64,000 nt of DNA. Source: Styela clava. Taxonomy: Eukaryota. Positions 12,629-27,300 of this stretch are shown piece after piece. Within the stretch, counting starts at the first letter, position 1; the number at the start of each line of letters is the position of its first letter. The stretch is taken from the NCBI RefSeq assembly GCF_964204865.1, contig NC_135264.1, forward strand, positions 12,462,001 to 12,526,000, written 5' to 3'. The notes beneath the pieces were generated by a model, which was not told where the DNA came from, ran no database searches, and was given only the letters and a program-made list of their open reading frames with translations. A program made the translations under genes and the position numbers.

Positions 12629-13488
12629 ATGAGACTTCTGACGATCTTTGTTTATTGCTGTGTTATAGCATATTGCATGGCTCTAGACGTGGAAAATCCG
12701 AACCCTCTACCCGAATGTCAAATGAAAAATGTTCCGTAAGTCCGTTTATATATTTGGTTTTATAAATGCTTTTATGCAAAAATAAAATCTGAAACAATAA
12801 TTTAATTCTTTCTTCTTATTTCGATTGGAGATTTCTAAAATAATTATTAGAGAACGTGAGTTCTTAAAAAGTTCTAAATATCGTATGTGATCTTTTAATT
12901 ATGTATGTTAACGTTCAATAATTTTTTCAGAATTAAGAATCCTGAATATTGCCAAGTTACAACCCCGACTAATTTCTGCCCAACGAAAAAATGCAGAATC
13001 AAAATTACAAAAGGTTTTTTGTCTACTGATCCCCCGAGTGAAGTCGACTTGATTGGAGGTATTTACGAGGCAGTTGACGAGTGCGAGTAAGTCAATTATC
13101 AAATTATACATAGACATTCGGTTTGAGGATATGCTTTTTTACACTACAAAAAAATATATTTCCATTTAAAATTATATAAAAAATCTACCTTGTTTCTCAT
13201 ATTTTAGGGTATACAATAAGAAATGCAGTTTATGGGTTAAAGGTTGTACATGTCAAGCGAGAGTCAAGATGATATGGAGGAAAGCCAAAATTCAAACCAA
13301 AATATCCAGAGAACCAGCAGAAAGATATGTTCGCATCAGGGTGAGCATTATTTTGTGTTCTGATTCCTAAAGGTTGATTACTGTTTATTAAACCAGTGTT
13401 TATTCTATTTCTTCAGATTCCAGATGGTTGCATTTGTGCTAAAAAGACTGTCATACTGGATGACAAGATATTCAAGTTTCCAAATTAA
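12629..13488 (+). CDS. Gene C1: secreted short-form cystine-knot-like protein, 155 aa; exons 12629-12735, 12931-13086, 13208-13340, 13417-13488
   Basis: MRLLTIFVYCCVIAYCMA-LDVENPNPLPECQMKNVP|IKNPEYC...AVDECE|VYNKKCSLWVKGCTCQARVKMIWRKAKIQTKISREPAERYVRIR|IPDGCICAKKTVILDDKIFKFPN*. GT-AG introns in phases 2, 2, 0; 10 Cys after the signal peptide. Confidence 0.92.
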
Positions 13489-14039
13489 TATGAAGCAATC
13501 TACATCAAAATAGTTATTTAATCATCATCATTATCTGTTTTTTATATATTCAAAAAACAATTGGACTACAAAAACTACATTTAATTTTTTTTTCATTTAT
13601 TATCGTTTGCTGCAATTCCCATGTATTTGAAGGACAATAACCAGATGTTCCTTAAAATTTCTGCAAATTTAACAATTTTAAAATGAGTTTGAAGAAATAA
13701 ATAAATTATTGTGGTAAAACAGAATTTTCTTTTATTCCAAGTGAATGTAATAAACAGGATAATACATCTATTTGTACCTTGCACTCATAGTAAACTGAAA
13801 TAGATATATAAAATATATGAGATTGTAAATGCACGGCGGAAGTTTAAAGATAGCGCGTATGCAACGCAGTTTTTCTTGTGCAATTTGTCTCCGGATTCCT
13901 TTACAAATTGATTCTAAAAAGTATTTTGGGTGAAGGCATTGAAAATAGATTGGGAAAATATAAAAAAAAAATTGAATCTTGATTAAAAAAAATCGAAGTA
14001 AATAAAAATTGTTGGATTACTGACTTTTGTATTAAAACA

Positions 14040-14950
14040 ATTTTTTGTACAAAAAGAGGGCAGACATATAACATAAACAAATCTATTTATATATATACAG
14101 AATATTACCGGCACAATGCCGGCGCCTGACATTCCTAAATGATCTCCTAGTTTTTTACATGTGCTGTTTCGTAATCAACATTACCTCACAATATAAATCA
14201 AAATGAAGTCGCGGAAATAAAATGCCGTGGGGTTCGTCGTAAATGGGTGTTGGTAATGGTAGTTGGTAAATATTGATGTCCTCATGTTTATCGACAATTG
14301 TTCATACTACAAAAGCTGAAATACAGTGTATATATTGAAACAACTTCAAAATATGATTAACAACATGTGACACCACGTAAATGTACGGATATATGAGAGA
14401 ATCAAAATTAATGAGAGGAAAAAATGCTGCCGTCAATAAATATTAGATTTGACATGAGTTCTGTGTTTTACTTTCTTCGAAAAATAATCTATAATTGGTT
14501 CCTCGTAACCATATCGTAAATTCATCAAGTTGATAAAGAGGAAATTGTTTTCACAAACTTTCAAAAATCGATATCTAAAATGGCAATCAAGATCATACGT
14601 CGCTCATCAATTAGCAAATTGACAACTTTCAAAAATCAGAATTACAGCCCATTTTTCATTTGTATATAACAAACAATACTTACAGTATATTTTCGATGGA
14701 GGTAAATATTGAATTTTGGCGTTGAAAGATTAACATCGCATAGCCAACTTCATTTTTTTAACTGATCATATTGAAAATTTTTAGAATCCTCTAATAAGAA
14801 ATTCCTCGAAACAAAAAGCTCAAAATTAGGAAGACTTCTAACAAACGCAATGAGGCGCATTTGTACAAAAGTAAAGTTATGTAGTTCCAATAATGTTTAA
14901 GTTAATGCCTTAATAATTTTCAAAAAACAACAACATTCAATTATTTTAAA
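14040..14950 (+). repeat. Diverged relic of the C-unit intergenic spacer
   Basis: Aligns to about 26275-27290 and 33725-34730 (GTACAAAAAGAGGGCA, GGGGTTCGTCGTAAATGG, CTCGTAACCATAT, CAGAATTACAG.CCAT) at lower identity than those have to each other. Confidence 0.8.
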
Positions 14951-15629
14951 AGAAAAATTGGACTTTTCCAAGCTATCCCCCCACGAATATATAAATACTC
15001 ACATTATTATGTTAGTGTTTGTGTTAGGGTTATAGGAATGCAGATTGCACTGAAAATTGTAAGAATTCCGCATGAGAGTTAGAGCTGAATGACGCAAAAA
15101 GTGGATTGTGACATTTTAATCGAGCTAAACAACGATGACAATGGCAATTACCTCCACTAATTCTTTTCGAACAATTATAAAATTGATATTATCCCGTAAT
15201 TATGCTTGAAAAGATTATTACTTGATTCAGGCACGGGCCAGTGAAATAAAGCTACAATTTTAACCGGATTCATTATATTCCTAACCTGGTCTAAAGATAA
15301 TTTGATTTTAATTGGTAAAAGTTATCGCGATTGGTATATTAGCATTATCGTGCTGTTTGAATTCAACGAATGTGATTAACGTAAATTAATCTAATAAGTA
15401 GAAAATATAATATCGTATTATGAATACTAATTGCAAACATCACAACTTTTCTTTGTCGGCCTTAGTCAATATTTGACGTAAATTATTGAAAATGCGTCAC
15501 ATGACGTACAATTCGAGCAAAATGTTTAGTATATATAGAGAGTCCGGTATCGAACAAATCATATCAAAATCTTAACGACATTTGAATATAAAATTATTCT
15601 TAAAATTAAGTTTAAAATTGGAAAATAAG

Positions 15630-17843
15630 ATGTTGCTGAAAGGACTGTATCTAGTGATGACTGTCGCATTTGTATATGGAAATGTAAGTATTTTTCTTAT
15701 TGTGTATTTGAAAATATAAATATTCAAATTTTAAATCAATCTAATTAATTTCTACACTATATTGAATTGATATATTTTTGTTGGAACAAATAAAATTCAT
15801 TTGCTAGGAGTACTAAAATCACAAATCACTAAAAAATTGGATGTTTATGTCTAACATAGTATAGTTGGGTATGAAAATTATATTCATCATTTTCGACGAG
15901 ATATTTTCATGTTCACGATCTAAAAACTTGGAATGAATCGCTGTAATATAAATCAAATTATATTTTTTATTTATTCCAGGACTTATTGAACAAAGCAAGA
16001 GTACTTCGAACATGTGGAAGGTACGTATTTTAGATTTCATTAGAAATTATGAAATAGTAAGTTCGTCCTAAATTCATGGTACAAAAACTGCTTTATTATG
16101 GAGAAATTTTTGTCTGAAGTTTACAGTGTAGTATTGATGCACAAAAATGCAAATAATAAACAAAGTCTTCTCTTCTTTTAGAATTGAGGAGAGAAAATGC
16201 AATGACGACAAAGCCGCAGTTTATTACACATTAACCAATCCGGGAAAGTGTTTAACGAAAGAATGCCTTCTAAAGCCAAGTACTGGATACACTGAACATC
16301 CTGACAGAAATCCTTACGTGAAATTTTTTCCTCAAAAATTCTCACAGAAAATTATCTACACTTTCGATGAAATAAAGGCTAAAACATGCGGGTAAGCACA
16401 AGTTTTGTTATATATAATATAGTAAATAGCATTGAGGTATTTATTTTCGTCTACAAAATTGGATTTCATGAAATAATTATGAGATATGCAAACGCCGATT
16501 ATAGCCATAGCTGTAGGCCACACACTGAATACCTCTATTTGGAAACAAGATTTTTTTCAAACTGATGACTCGCACAGGAGTAATTTGTTTATTAATTTAA
16601 TCATTATGAAACAGCATTTTGAAACGTTAACTACGTCAGCAAAAATTAGGTTAATACGATTTTAACTGAGAATATATATATTTTTTTCAGTTTTCAAAAT
16701 CAACCATGTACCTGTAAGCAAGGAGACAAATGCACTTGTGACAACGATAGACTCAAAATATGCAAGCAAAAATATAGATATGAAAGAAGCTACTTCCTTG
16801 TAATTAACACAGCAAAACAAGCAATCACCTTAACAAAGCCAGTGGTTTCTCATTCTACACAACAGAAACCTCATCATCACCAGCAATACTATAATCAGCA
16901 ACAAGCTCAGATGAATTCTCAACCCAACAGCTATTCATCGTATAATAACCCAGCTCCATCGTATAATAACCCAGCCCCAAGCAACACCGATAATGGACAA
17001 GGAAACAATTATGATGAATGGTATAGCACAAGAACAGGCGAACTTCCCAATTATTACCCCAAACAAAATATGCCGAGACCACAAAATGTCGGCGGCAGCT
17101 CGATCTTAAATCATCTTATGATGCAAAAATTTATGGGCGGTTCCAAATCTGGAGGAAATTCAGGTATGATGAAATGGTTACTCATGTCTCAGATGATGAA
17201 TAAACAAGGCACTGGACAACAACAACAACAACAAGTCGGATATGACACCGGAAACACTGCTCAGAATCATGCTTCCCACACACCTGGACCAAATACCCAG
17301 CACAAACCCAACGGACGACAGAAAGCAGCAAAACATGGCACCGTGTTCAGTCCGACAATGCTTTATTACATGATGAAGAGAAACAATAAAGACTCCGGTT
17401 CCAGTGGAAGTAAATTTCTTCAAATGTTACCAATGTTAATGGGAAATAACAACTTATTTGGAGGTCAATTGGAACTCAAATCTTTGTGGGTGCAAGTACC
17501 ATACGATTGCAAATGTGAACACAGGGAAGAACAAGAATATGATGATGACGAAGACGATGATGATTCCATATTTTCACTCATTCCATATTTGTTGGGAGGG
17601 GGAGGGAACCCTATGACAGCATTAATGGGAGGGGGAGGGAACCCTATGGCAGCATTAATGGGAGGGGGAGGGAACCCTATGGCAGCCTTAATGGGAGGGG
17701 GTGGAAACCCTATGGCAGCATTAATGGGTGGATCTGGTCTTGGTGGCAATCCACTTAATGTTTACAGCATGCTAATGAATCAGAATAATAATAATGACTA
17801 TGGCTCCCCTAGATCAAATTCGCTTCCATTCTTACCATACTAA
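15630..17843 (+). CDS. Gene B2: near-identical copy of B1, 485 aa; exons 15630-15683, 15980-16020, 16182-16391, 16691-17843
   Basis: Same exon lengths and splice positions as B1, open frame, about 10 amino-acid differences by manual comparison. Confidence 0.9.
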
Positions 17844-19380
17844 AATTTCGAATCAAATAAGTAGATATTTAGTTTATGGCCTCTTTAAACTGAAATAACA
17901 AATACTTAATTGAATATGAACATTTTTTACTATTGAATGTGTGCATTTTTGTTTTCAATGAATTTGTTTTATCATTTTGGAACTTGTTTATTATTTATTT
18001 TGTTAATATAAAAAGTTTACTAAAACTATTTTCTTGTTTATTTGAGTTTTTGTAAAACATGGTAAAAGGGAAAAGCAAAAAGAACAGAGGATATTGTAAG
18101 ATCAATTTCAAAATATTTAGAAACATAATAGATAGGATTAATAACATATTAATTAGCTACTGACAACTTATTCCTAATCACATGTAAACAGGGTTTTCAT
18201 TCCCACATTTTATTGGTATCGTAGGGTTTCTGAAATAAAATAAAATCAAAATTGTAAAACAAAATTTTATGATGGTGTTCGGAGAGAAATAGTGATGAAA
18301 TGGCAATCGGCTTCGGTATTCGTCTTTATTTCGGTGAATATGCGTGAAAATCTACCGCATGCTAACTTTAAATCAGCAAAGAAATTTAAATAATAGTGCC
18401 GTTTTAAGATTTTTACCGTTTGTTTTTGCATCTTCACTCCGAAGAAGTGTTTCCCCTATACAAATATCTAAATATAAATTGGTGTTTTTGCTGCGTAGCA
18501 GGACACAAGAACTGATCGTGGCAATTTGCAAAGCATTTTGAAATTTAGTCGGAAGTTTCACAAAACAGACCCCAAGACTTCCGTGATTAGTTTCAAGCAA
18601 AGGTTTTAGTTTGAATATCTACGGTAAGACATAAACACATCACACACGGATTAAATAGGATGCATTCGGTTTTCAATAGGCCGGCCTTGTTATAATAAAT
18701 AAATGTATGATATATTGTTATTCCAACTTTCAATCGTTCAATTTTTTTGATGATTTATATATAATAATTATGTGCATTAACTGTATTCTTTTAACCTATG
18801 GGTAAAAACCCGAAAAGATATAAAGCTAAACATCTTGCGGATTTGATAATCGGATTTCAAACTTTTGTTGTTATAGAAAGATTAAAACTTACTCGTTAAT
18901 ACTGTTCAAGGTATATGAATACCTTTGTTTAGCATTCGCGTCAATTTTCTTGTATCCTTGTCACTTGCAGTCTAAAAGAAAAAGGCAGTTTTTTCAAATC
19001 AAGTTTCATAATAAAAAATGATAAATGGAAAAAGGGCCAAAAACTAAAAAAAAATTTTAAACAATGAAAGCACAATTATATAAAAGTTAATTTGAATGGT
19101 TTTGAATTTTCGTCGATATTTATATTGAAATAATAAAACTAAATATATTTAAAAACTGATTGTCAACAGACAAATACTTTAATTATTCAGCATATTCAAA
19201 ATAATTCCATAGGTATTTATATTTCGGAAAAACTGGAAATTGAAATGTTAAAAACGTTTATGTAATAATTGCACGACAGGGAGCTTCCGATTTGAAATAT
19301 TTTATGACGCAGAAAATGAAAAAATCTAACGCTTGCGGTTATTTGTTATACATATATATTTGGTATATATATATATATAT

Positions 19381-19980
19381 CAGAGGTGGCCGACCTGCTT
19401 TTGACCGCGATCGACTAAAATCTCTAGAACAGTTTGCAATCGAGTGATCGGTAATTAGGTCATACACAATAACGAATGGTAACTGTATATACAGATAACT
19501 GAACACGCGAATACACAGGATCTGTGGGCGCATTTTTAATGGAATCGCCGCAAAAATTTGTATTTTTCATGTTCCCTTTTGTTAATTTGAATATGTAATT
19601 GTATCCGGAGAAAATTTTCATTATTTTTTATTCAAATCATACAATTCAGATCTAAGGTCTTCCTAATTTTTAGTCGTAAGTGTTGAAAAATCCTTAACAT
19701 GCCTGACCAAGTATAAATATTATTTAAACAGAAAAATAAATATATTTTAATTCATAAATTCTACATGTCTGCTCAAACTCAAATGTAGGCGAAAATGTAA
19801 ATATACAGTACTGTATTCCTCTTGTTTTAAAACAAACAATGGGCGCTTCATGAAACTGGTTTAAGGAAATTTTATTGGGTATGTTATTAAATTCACTCAA
19901 CATCAGATGCGCTTTTTACTCAACTACTCGAGACGTGGCGATCGATCGGTCGATCGCGATCGATGTGTTGGCCATCCCTG
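19381..19980. mobile_element. hAT-type MITE (family 1), duplicated with the segment
   Basis: CAGAGGTGGCCGAC / GTTGGCCATCCCTG with ATATATAT on both sides; same position as 8522-9083. Confidence 0.85.
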
Positions 19981-22900
19981 ATATATATTATGTAAATAAG
20001 CATGGTTGAAAAATACGAACTGAAACGCGATGTATACCATATGCATATGTATACTATATAAAATGTAAGTATCAAAAGAAATATATTTTTAGTCAAATAA
20101 TCATACAATGTTTCCGTGAACCCCATTTGCGATTTCAATCAATTTAAGAGATTGTTTCACGAACAGTAGTTGAAAAAATCACATAAGGATTATCATTATC
20201 TCATCATTATTTCTTGCAATTACAATATCATCGAACATCTAAAGCTGTTGGCGGTAGTAACGTCTTAGATCATTTTTTATGGAAAAATTTAATTATTTAT
20301 GCAATAATATTGTTGGAAAGTCATTTTTGGAAGTATCATGTCAAAAATTTTATGTCGTTACCTACTTAAATTTTGAGTTTGTTAAACATGATAGAAATGG
20401 TATGCTTACTTTTAATAGCTATTACATACAAATTTCAAGATACTGAGTTACTGAAAAATAAATATTACACAACTTTATTTTTAGAAATTGAAGCAAAACC
20501 CAATTTATTAAATAAATAAATGAAGCACACTAAATCCTCCTGTTTGATAGCCTGTAATTTTACGAGGTCAGATCATTGACAAAATGTCTTTCACATTTAA
20601 TATTAATGGAAAGTGTAGATGTTGTTCAATACGTGCTCTGGTACTTTCCTAATTACCTTTTTTACATAAACTCACACAACGATCAAATATTAGAATTTGT
20701 CACAATCATGAGATATTATGAATCAGAGAAAACCTTTGAAAGATTTTTTTTTCACTTCTATATTTATCAAAGTTTACTGCAAGTTTCATGTATTTAGAGG
20801 AGGTTTAGCATAATTTCCCTAATATTTCTGTAAATTTGCCAATTCAGAAATGAGTTTGAAAAGGGAAATAAATTAATTTGAGGGTATTAATGCCATCAAA
20901 CATATGAGGTTTTACATAACTTCTGTCTTTTACTTTCTTCTAAACAATAATCCAAGAGTGGTTTCTCGTGACCATACGACATAAAAGTTAATAGAGCAAA
21001 ATTTTTTTACCGACTTTTCAAAAATTGATATATATGAAATGGCAGCAAGATCTCATGACGCTCATCAATTACCAACTTTTTAAATTTAGAATTACAGTCC
21101 ATCTTCTATTTGTTTCTTTTTCCACATCAGTATACTAATAACTATACAGTATACTTTATTGAAATTAAATATTAACGTTGAATGATTAACATGGCACAGT
21201 TCAATTTTCTTAACGAATCATATTGAAAAGTTGCTCAAAGCAAAAAACTGCAAATAATACGTCTTCTAACAAACACATTAAGTCACAGTTGTATAAATGA
21301 TACAACAATGTTTGAGTATAAATATCTGCATTAATAACAACAACAACATTCTCGTTTTTTTAAATTTAATCTCTACATGAGAATATTTGCATCATTACGT
21401 ATAATATCAAAATTATTGAAATTACAAAAATTAGTAGTTATAATTATCAGAAAAATTGGAAAATTTCAATGTCGAAAACGTGAATGTAATAATTTCATGA
21501 TAGTTTACTTCCGATCTTGCAATTCCTTGGTGTAAATATATATTTCGCCCGCGGTTACTTGAAAGTATGTAAATTAGCCCAGAAAGGCTGTAACGAAATG
21601 CGACGACATTGTTGCTAATAAAGCATAAAAAGGCTATACTATATTTACGGTAATCTATACTGAAATAGTCATATATTTTTTATTGAGAACATATCTTAGA
21701 TTTGAATAAATAATATAAATAAATATGGAATTGTTTCTCGTTTGCCTAAATCTCAATTTCAAAAAAATTCCGTTAGCTTGTTTTAAAAGTTTTGTAATCT
21801 GAATTTTTTATACTACATTTTTTATTTTTTAAGTAATAGTACTTCTATTTTGATTTTCAAGACTTTATTTTGTTACATTTATATAGTGGGAAATATAACA
21901 AGCGCTACGAGAAATAGTTGTCTTCAAAGTTTACAAATACAATGGTATCAATATCATTCAAGTTATCTATCACGTCTATTTCAAGTTTTCTAAAACTGCA
22001 GAAAATAAAACATACTAAATATTTTTCAAGTCAATTATTAGCTCCACGAGATTTTTGGCGGTTGATTTTTTCGGACGTTTTGATAGAGTTTATAAAATTA
22101 GAACACGAATAAGGAAAATAATGGAATGAACAAAATGAGCAGATGAAAAGTGGGATTGATATAGACAATAATTAATCATCATAATAACATAGTCAATATA
22201 CCGGGACCAGTATTTAAAATTTGGTAAAATAAAACATCATGAAACGAAAAAGAAGAAATAAATAATAATAATATTACAGATGTTGGAAATTTTCACCTAA
22301 TTGTGCCAATATGCAAAAGTATTTTGAAATGGAGTCAGATTAAAGAATGGATTGATCATCGACTTCTTAACCTAAATATAATTAAATTTTGCTCAAAGAA
22401 CTTACAGAAGGTTGATGTATTTTGGGATTGTTCATAATATATGTAGATGTGATCATAAATTAAGAAAGTTTTACTGAAATGAAAATTTTGACAATTTAGG
22501 TACAAATTTAGTATTTACCAATATATGCTGTTATTGAAACACCTCTGTGTATTTTTATCGTGAAATAGAAATATTTTGACAAGTTAATAAAAAATTAAAA
22601 GTGTTGTGAAATCCACTCGTCATCTTTATTGTTCACCTAAAAAGATTATAAATTTGAAACATCCGGAGAAATAATTCAATTTTTGAAAGTAATATGATGG
22701 AATATTTATTTCAGTACCTGCAATAAACATTTTTGTATCATCTTGAGAGTGCCAAGGAATATCTGTGTTTTACCAGACTCATGTTTCTCGATGAACCTGA
22801 GACAATAAGTCGATATTTTAACGGCTCGTTAAATCATAGTATGCATAGATTAAAAAAATTCCAATTGTGCAATCATCACCTGAAAATTTTCGATCTGGGA

Positions 22901-23444
22901 TCTGTTTAATGAATATTTGCCTTTTAGAATAATTCAAACAACACATGATTGTAATATAGGAATATTACATGTTTCTTGTCCTCTAACTATTTTAAAATCA
23001 TTACCCATTTCTGGAACTATTCAAATATCCAGTTTATATTTGGAGTTTCGCATAAACAATTTCAAATGAAAACGTGTTCGAACACACAAAAAGGTACCAT
23101 GAAATAATTTATTTCGATCACGTTTTCAAAGCAGAAATTTTACAAGGAGAAACCTTTGACCATACTACTTTTACTTACATTATAAACACTAACTCAAGAA
23201 GGTGTTTGTAACATGCTGTGGTACTTTCCTAAGTAGTTTCAATGTTAATTCTTTTTTATATAAATCTTTTTCAAACTCAAACAAAAATCAGATATTAAAT
23301 GTTATCACAAACATGAAAAGTTATGACTCATAAAAAATTAAAAAAAAAACTATAAACTATATAAACTATATAAAGAATAGATTAGGAGCAAGAAAATCAT
23401 ATTTCTGAAGTTATCGTATCTCATAATACCAACTATCTATCAAT

Positions 23445-24303
23445 ATGAGATTTCTGACGATCTTTGTTCATTGCTGTGTTTTAGCATATTGCATGGCTTT
23501 AGACGTGAAAAATCCGAATCCTTTACCAGAATGTCAAATGAAAAATGTTCCGTAAGTCCGTTTATATTATTGGTTTATAAAATGCTTTTATGTAGAAATA
23601 AAATCTGGAACAATGATTTAATTATTTTTTCTTATTTCGAATTGAGATTTCTAAAATAATTATTAGAGAACGTGAGTTCTTAAAAAGTTCTAAATATCGT
23701 ATGTGATCTTTTAATTATGCATGATAACGTTCAGTCATTTTTTCAGAATTAAGAATCCTGAATATTGCCAAGTTACAACCCCGACTAATTACTGCCCAAC
23801 GAAAAAATGCAGAATCAAAATTACAAAAGGTTTTTTGTCAACTGATCCACCGACTGAAGTCGACTTGATTGGAGGTATTTACGAGGCAGTTGACGAGTGC
23901 GAGTAAGTCAATTATCAAATTATACATAGACATTTGATTTGAGGATATGCTTTTTTTACAAAACAAAAATATATTTCCATTTAAAATCGTATAAAAAACC
24001 TACCTTGTTTCTTAAATTTTAGGGTATACAATAAGAGATGCAGTTTATGGGTTAATGATTGTACATGTCAAGCGAGAGTCAAGATGATATGGAGGAAAGC
24101 CAAAATTCAAACCAAAATTTCCAGAGAACCAGCAGAAAGATACGTCCGCATCAGGGTGAGTATTATTTTGTGTTCTGATTCCTAAAGGTTGATTACTGTA
24201 TATTAAACCAGTGTTTATTCTATTTCTTCAGATTCCAGATGGTTGCATTTGTGCTAAAAAGACTGTCATACTGGATGACAAGATATTCAAGTTTCCAAAT
24301 TAA
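23445..24303 (+). CDS. Gene C2: short-form paralog, 155 aa; exons 23445-23551, 23747-23902, 24023-24155, 24232-24303
   Basis: Same exon lengths and splice sites as C1; intact frame. Confidence 0.92.
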
Positions 24304-27300
24304 TATGAAGCAATCTACATCAAAAGAGATTATCATCGCAACAAAATAGTTATTTGATCATCATCATTATCTTTTTTTTTTTTTTATATAATCAAAAGGG
24401 AATTAGACTCAATTTCAATAACTTTCTGTAAATTTGTCCGTATAAAAATTAGTTTGAAAAAAAATATAAAATTTATGTTGTGTTAAAATATTTGGTCGTT
24501 GTTTTCAGTATGAATGGTTTGATAAAACGGTAGTTTAGATGCAGACTTTTCACAAATGACGAAGAGTGTTTGGTAGCATATTGTTTAATTTCATTAGCCT
24601 ATTCAATGTTCAGTCAGCATTGCAGTATATTATTAGCTCTCAGCACAATACCTCCGGAGCACAACATAAGCTAGATACATTAAAACGGGATCGGAGAAAT
24701 AAAAAAAAAACTGTTCCTGAAATCATTTAAAATCATTTTCTTTTTATCCTTCTTGTGGTGACCAAGAGTAGAGATTTCAAACATACAAAGTTTCAATGAT
24801 AGCTATATATATCCTAAATGATCATAAACTTTGCGTATATGTTAAACTTATCAACGAAAATTATCTTTTATAGAATTTTTTTAGTCCACCAAATGAAATA
24901 TTATTTAGGGCGATAAATTTGATCAAACAATCAATTGCTGAAATATTCGGGCTGGAACTAACTTAACTTAGTTTATACTTAATTCCCTATTACCGATTCT
25001 TGGAATTAAAAAATTATGGCTATCGGGTCAAGACCTCTATATGTCAATTCATTTAACAGAAAATCAAAAAGCGAAGTTGACTTTTGAGATAAACTATACC
25101 ATATATTTATTTTCTCGTTTGAATTAGATTTCCGTGCTACCCGATTCCTATAAACGTGACACTTTGAATGTTTCTAGAAGTACGTTACATTTTGCGTAAA
25201 ATTATCGGTTGAACACGCAATTTATTTAGTACTAGCACGAAGTTTACGCCCACCGATATTAAAGTATTGTAATCCATTATGTAACTGTAGAATATGACGA
25301 AATGAAATTCATATCCATCCTAGTATAGAACAATGTTTAAACACACTGACAAATTTAATAAATACTATAGGCTGCTATCTAAGAACCAATTTTAATTTTT
25401 TAAATCACTTCAACAAGAACTATCAATAAATAATAATTCCTAAAAACATCTTGCGTTTTGTCATTATTATTGAGAATATTTTTTAAAGTTTTTGACTCTT
25501 CTCGTAGCAAATTGTGAAAACAATACAATTCTAGTTTTTCAGAGTCTATATCTCAATATATGGTAGAAACATGTATTTTAGAAATAAGATTTTATTACAT
25601 AAACTTGGCTAAATTGGTAGGTAATTTCTTTTTTATGAAATAAATGTTTTGTTCAACAAGTTAATTGTAAAATCACATAAATAAAAGCTTTAACGTACAA
25701 ATATACTAATTCAGCAATGATTTCAACAAAGATATAAAATTTAAAAATAAATCACTACTTGCATTTTGTAAAATGTAAAACAAATAAATAACGTGTATCA
25801 ATTAGTAGAAAATTTTTTCTCGAATTATGCAAAAAACGGTAAAATGATTCTAAAGTAGTGCGCGAAGCTTGAAGGCAACTAAAAGAACAAAACTTTAGAG
25901 ATTCAATATCGGGTCACATGATTAAAACTTCGACACCGTGAAACAATGCATGGGATTCGGTCGCGAAAATACAGATCTTTCGATAACAAGACTCCAACAA
26001 AGATTCATACATACAACAATTCACACGCAAACAATATTACATAATGGTATATATTTTCGCTGTTCGTTCCGTTTGCTGGATAAACTGTCCAATAAAATAA
26101 CTAATATATAATGTGCAACATATTTGTATTGTGCAGCCCTGTTATATGATCTTAAATTACTTTTACGGGAATAAGTAATATTAATTATTAAAATAATTTA
26201 ATGAGGCTTATATGGAGGTATCTGAAAAACAATCTAATTTATTTGTATTTAGTAAAAAACTCATCAATTGTTATCGTACAAAAAGAGGGCATGCAGGCAT
26301 ATAACACAAACCAATCTATTTGTATGTAGAATATTACGATCATAATAAAGACGCATGACTTTCATCAACAGTTAGTCAGAATTTTGCGTTATTAAGTCAT
26401 TTCATGATGAAATATTTTTTTATATAACAGGTTTGATCAAACAAGAATGCTTTCTAATTCTATAGCAGGGTTCCGAATTCTTACAGTAAATCTTTTATTT
26501 TCGGCATTGTCCGTCTTTTATGAGCTGTGAACATTGTACATATACACGTGTAAACAGAAAGGGCCATTAAACTTTATTTGTGACATTTTAAATGGTGCCA
26601 ATGGCATGTTTTGTAATAACAGTACCTCACAATATGAATCAAAATGGCGGCCGCATATATAAAATGTCGCGGGGTTCGTCGTAAATGGTTCAGGAAATGG
26701 CAGCAGGTAGAAATTGATTACCTCATGTTTATCAGCAATTGTTCAAATTACAAAAACTAAAATATACTGCATATATTGAAAACAACTTCAAAATATGATA
26801 AAGTTATTTGGGGAAAAAATGCTTCCATCAAAAAAATTGAAAATATGACATTTGTATTTTACTTTCTTTGTAACAACAATTCAAAAATAATATCTCGTAA
26901 CCATATAACATGAATCCAATCAGTTGATGGAGCGGATTTTTTTTTCACAAACTTTTTAAAAATTGGTAAATCTGAAATGGCAGCAAGGTCTCATGACGCT
27001 TATCAATTACCAACTTTTTAGATTCAGAATTACAGTCCATCTATCATTTGTTTATCACAGTATACTTTCAATTAAAAGTAAATATTAACGTTGAATGATT
27101 AACATCGCAATTCTTAACTGATCATAATAAAAAGTTGCTCAAAACAAATAAACTTGTCCAAAAACTGCAAAATAATACGTTTTCTCACAAACACATTAAT
27201 TCACAGTTGTATGAATGATTCAGCAATGTTTAAGTATAAGTATTTGCATTGATAATTAAAAAAAAAAATCAACAACAACATTCATTTTTTATAACCCAAT

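Larger units (their letters stand above)
4218..13570 (+). repeat. Segmental duplication copy 1 (B gene + spacer + C gene); copy 2 at about 15063-24410
   Basis: Colinear high identity at an offset of about 10.82-10.86 kb, from GAATT.CGCATGAGAGTTAG through the C 3' UTR, including a shared MITE. Confidence 0.95.
15063..24410 (+). repeat. Segmental duplication copy 2 (B2 + spacer + C2)
   Basis: Colinear with 4218-13570. Confidence 0.95.

Noticed and set aside
23471-23659. Repeated 62-aa ORFs (also 30778-30966, 39380-39676)
   Set aside because: Alternative frames overlapping C exons and introns; they recur only because the DNA is duplicated.
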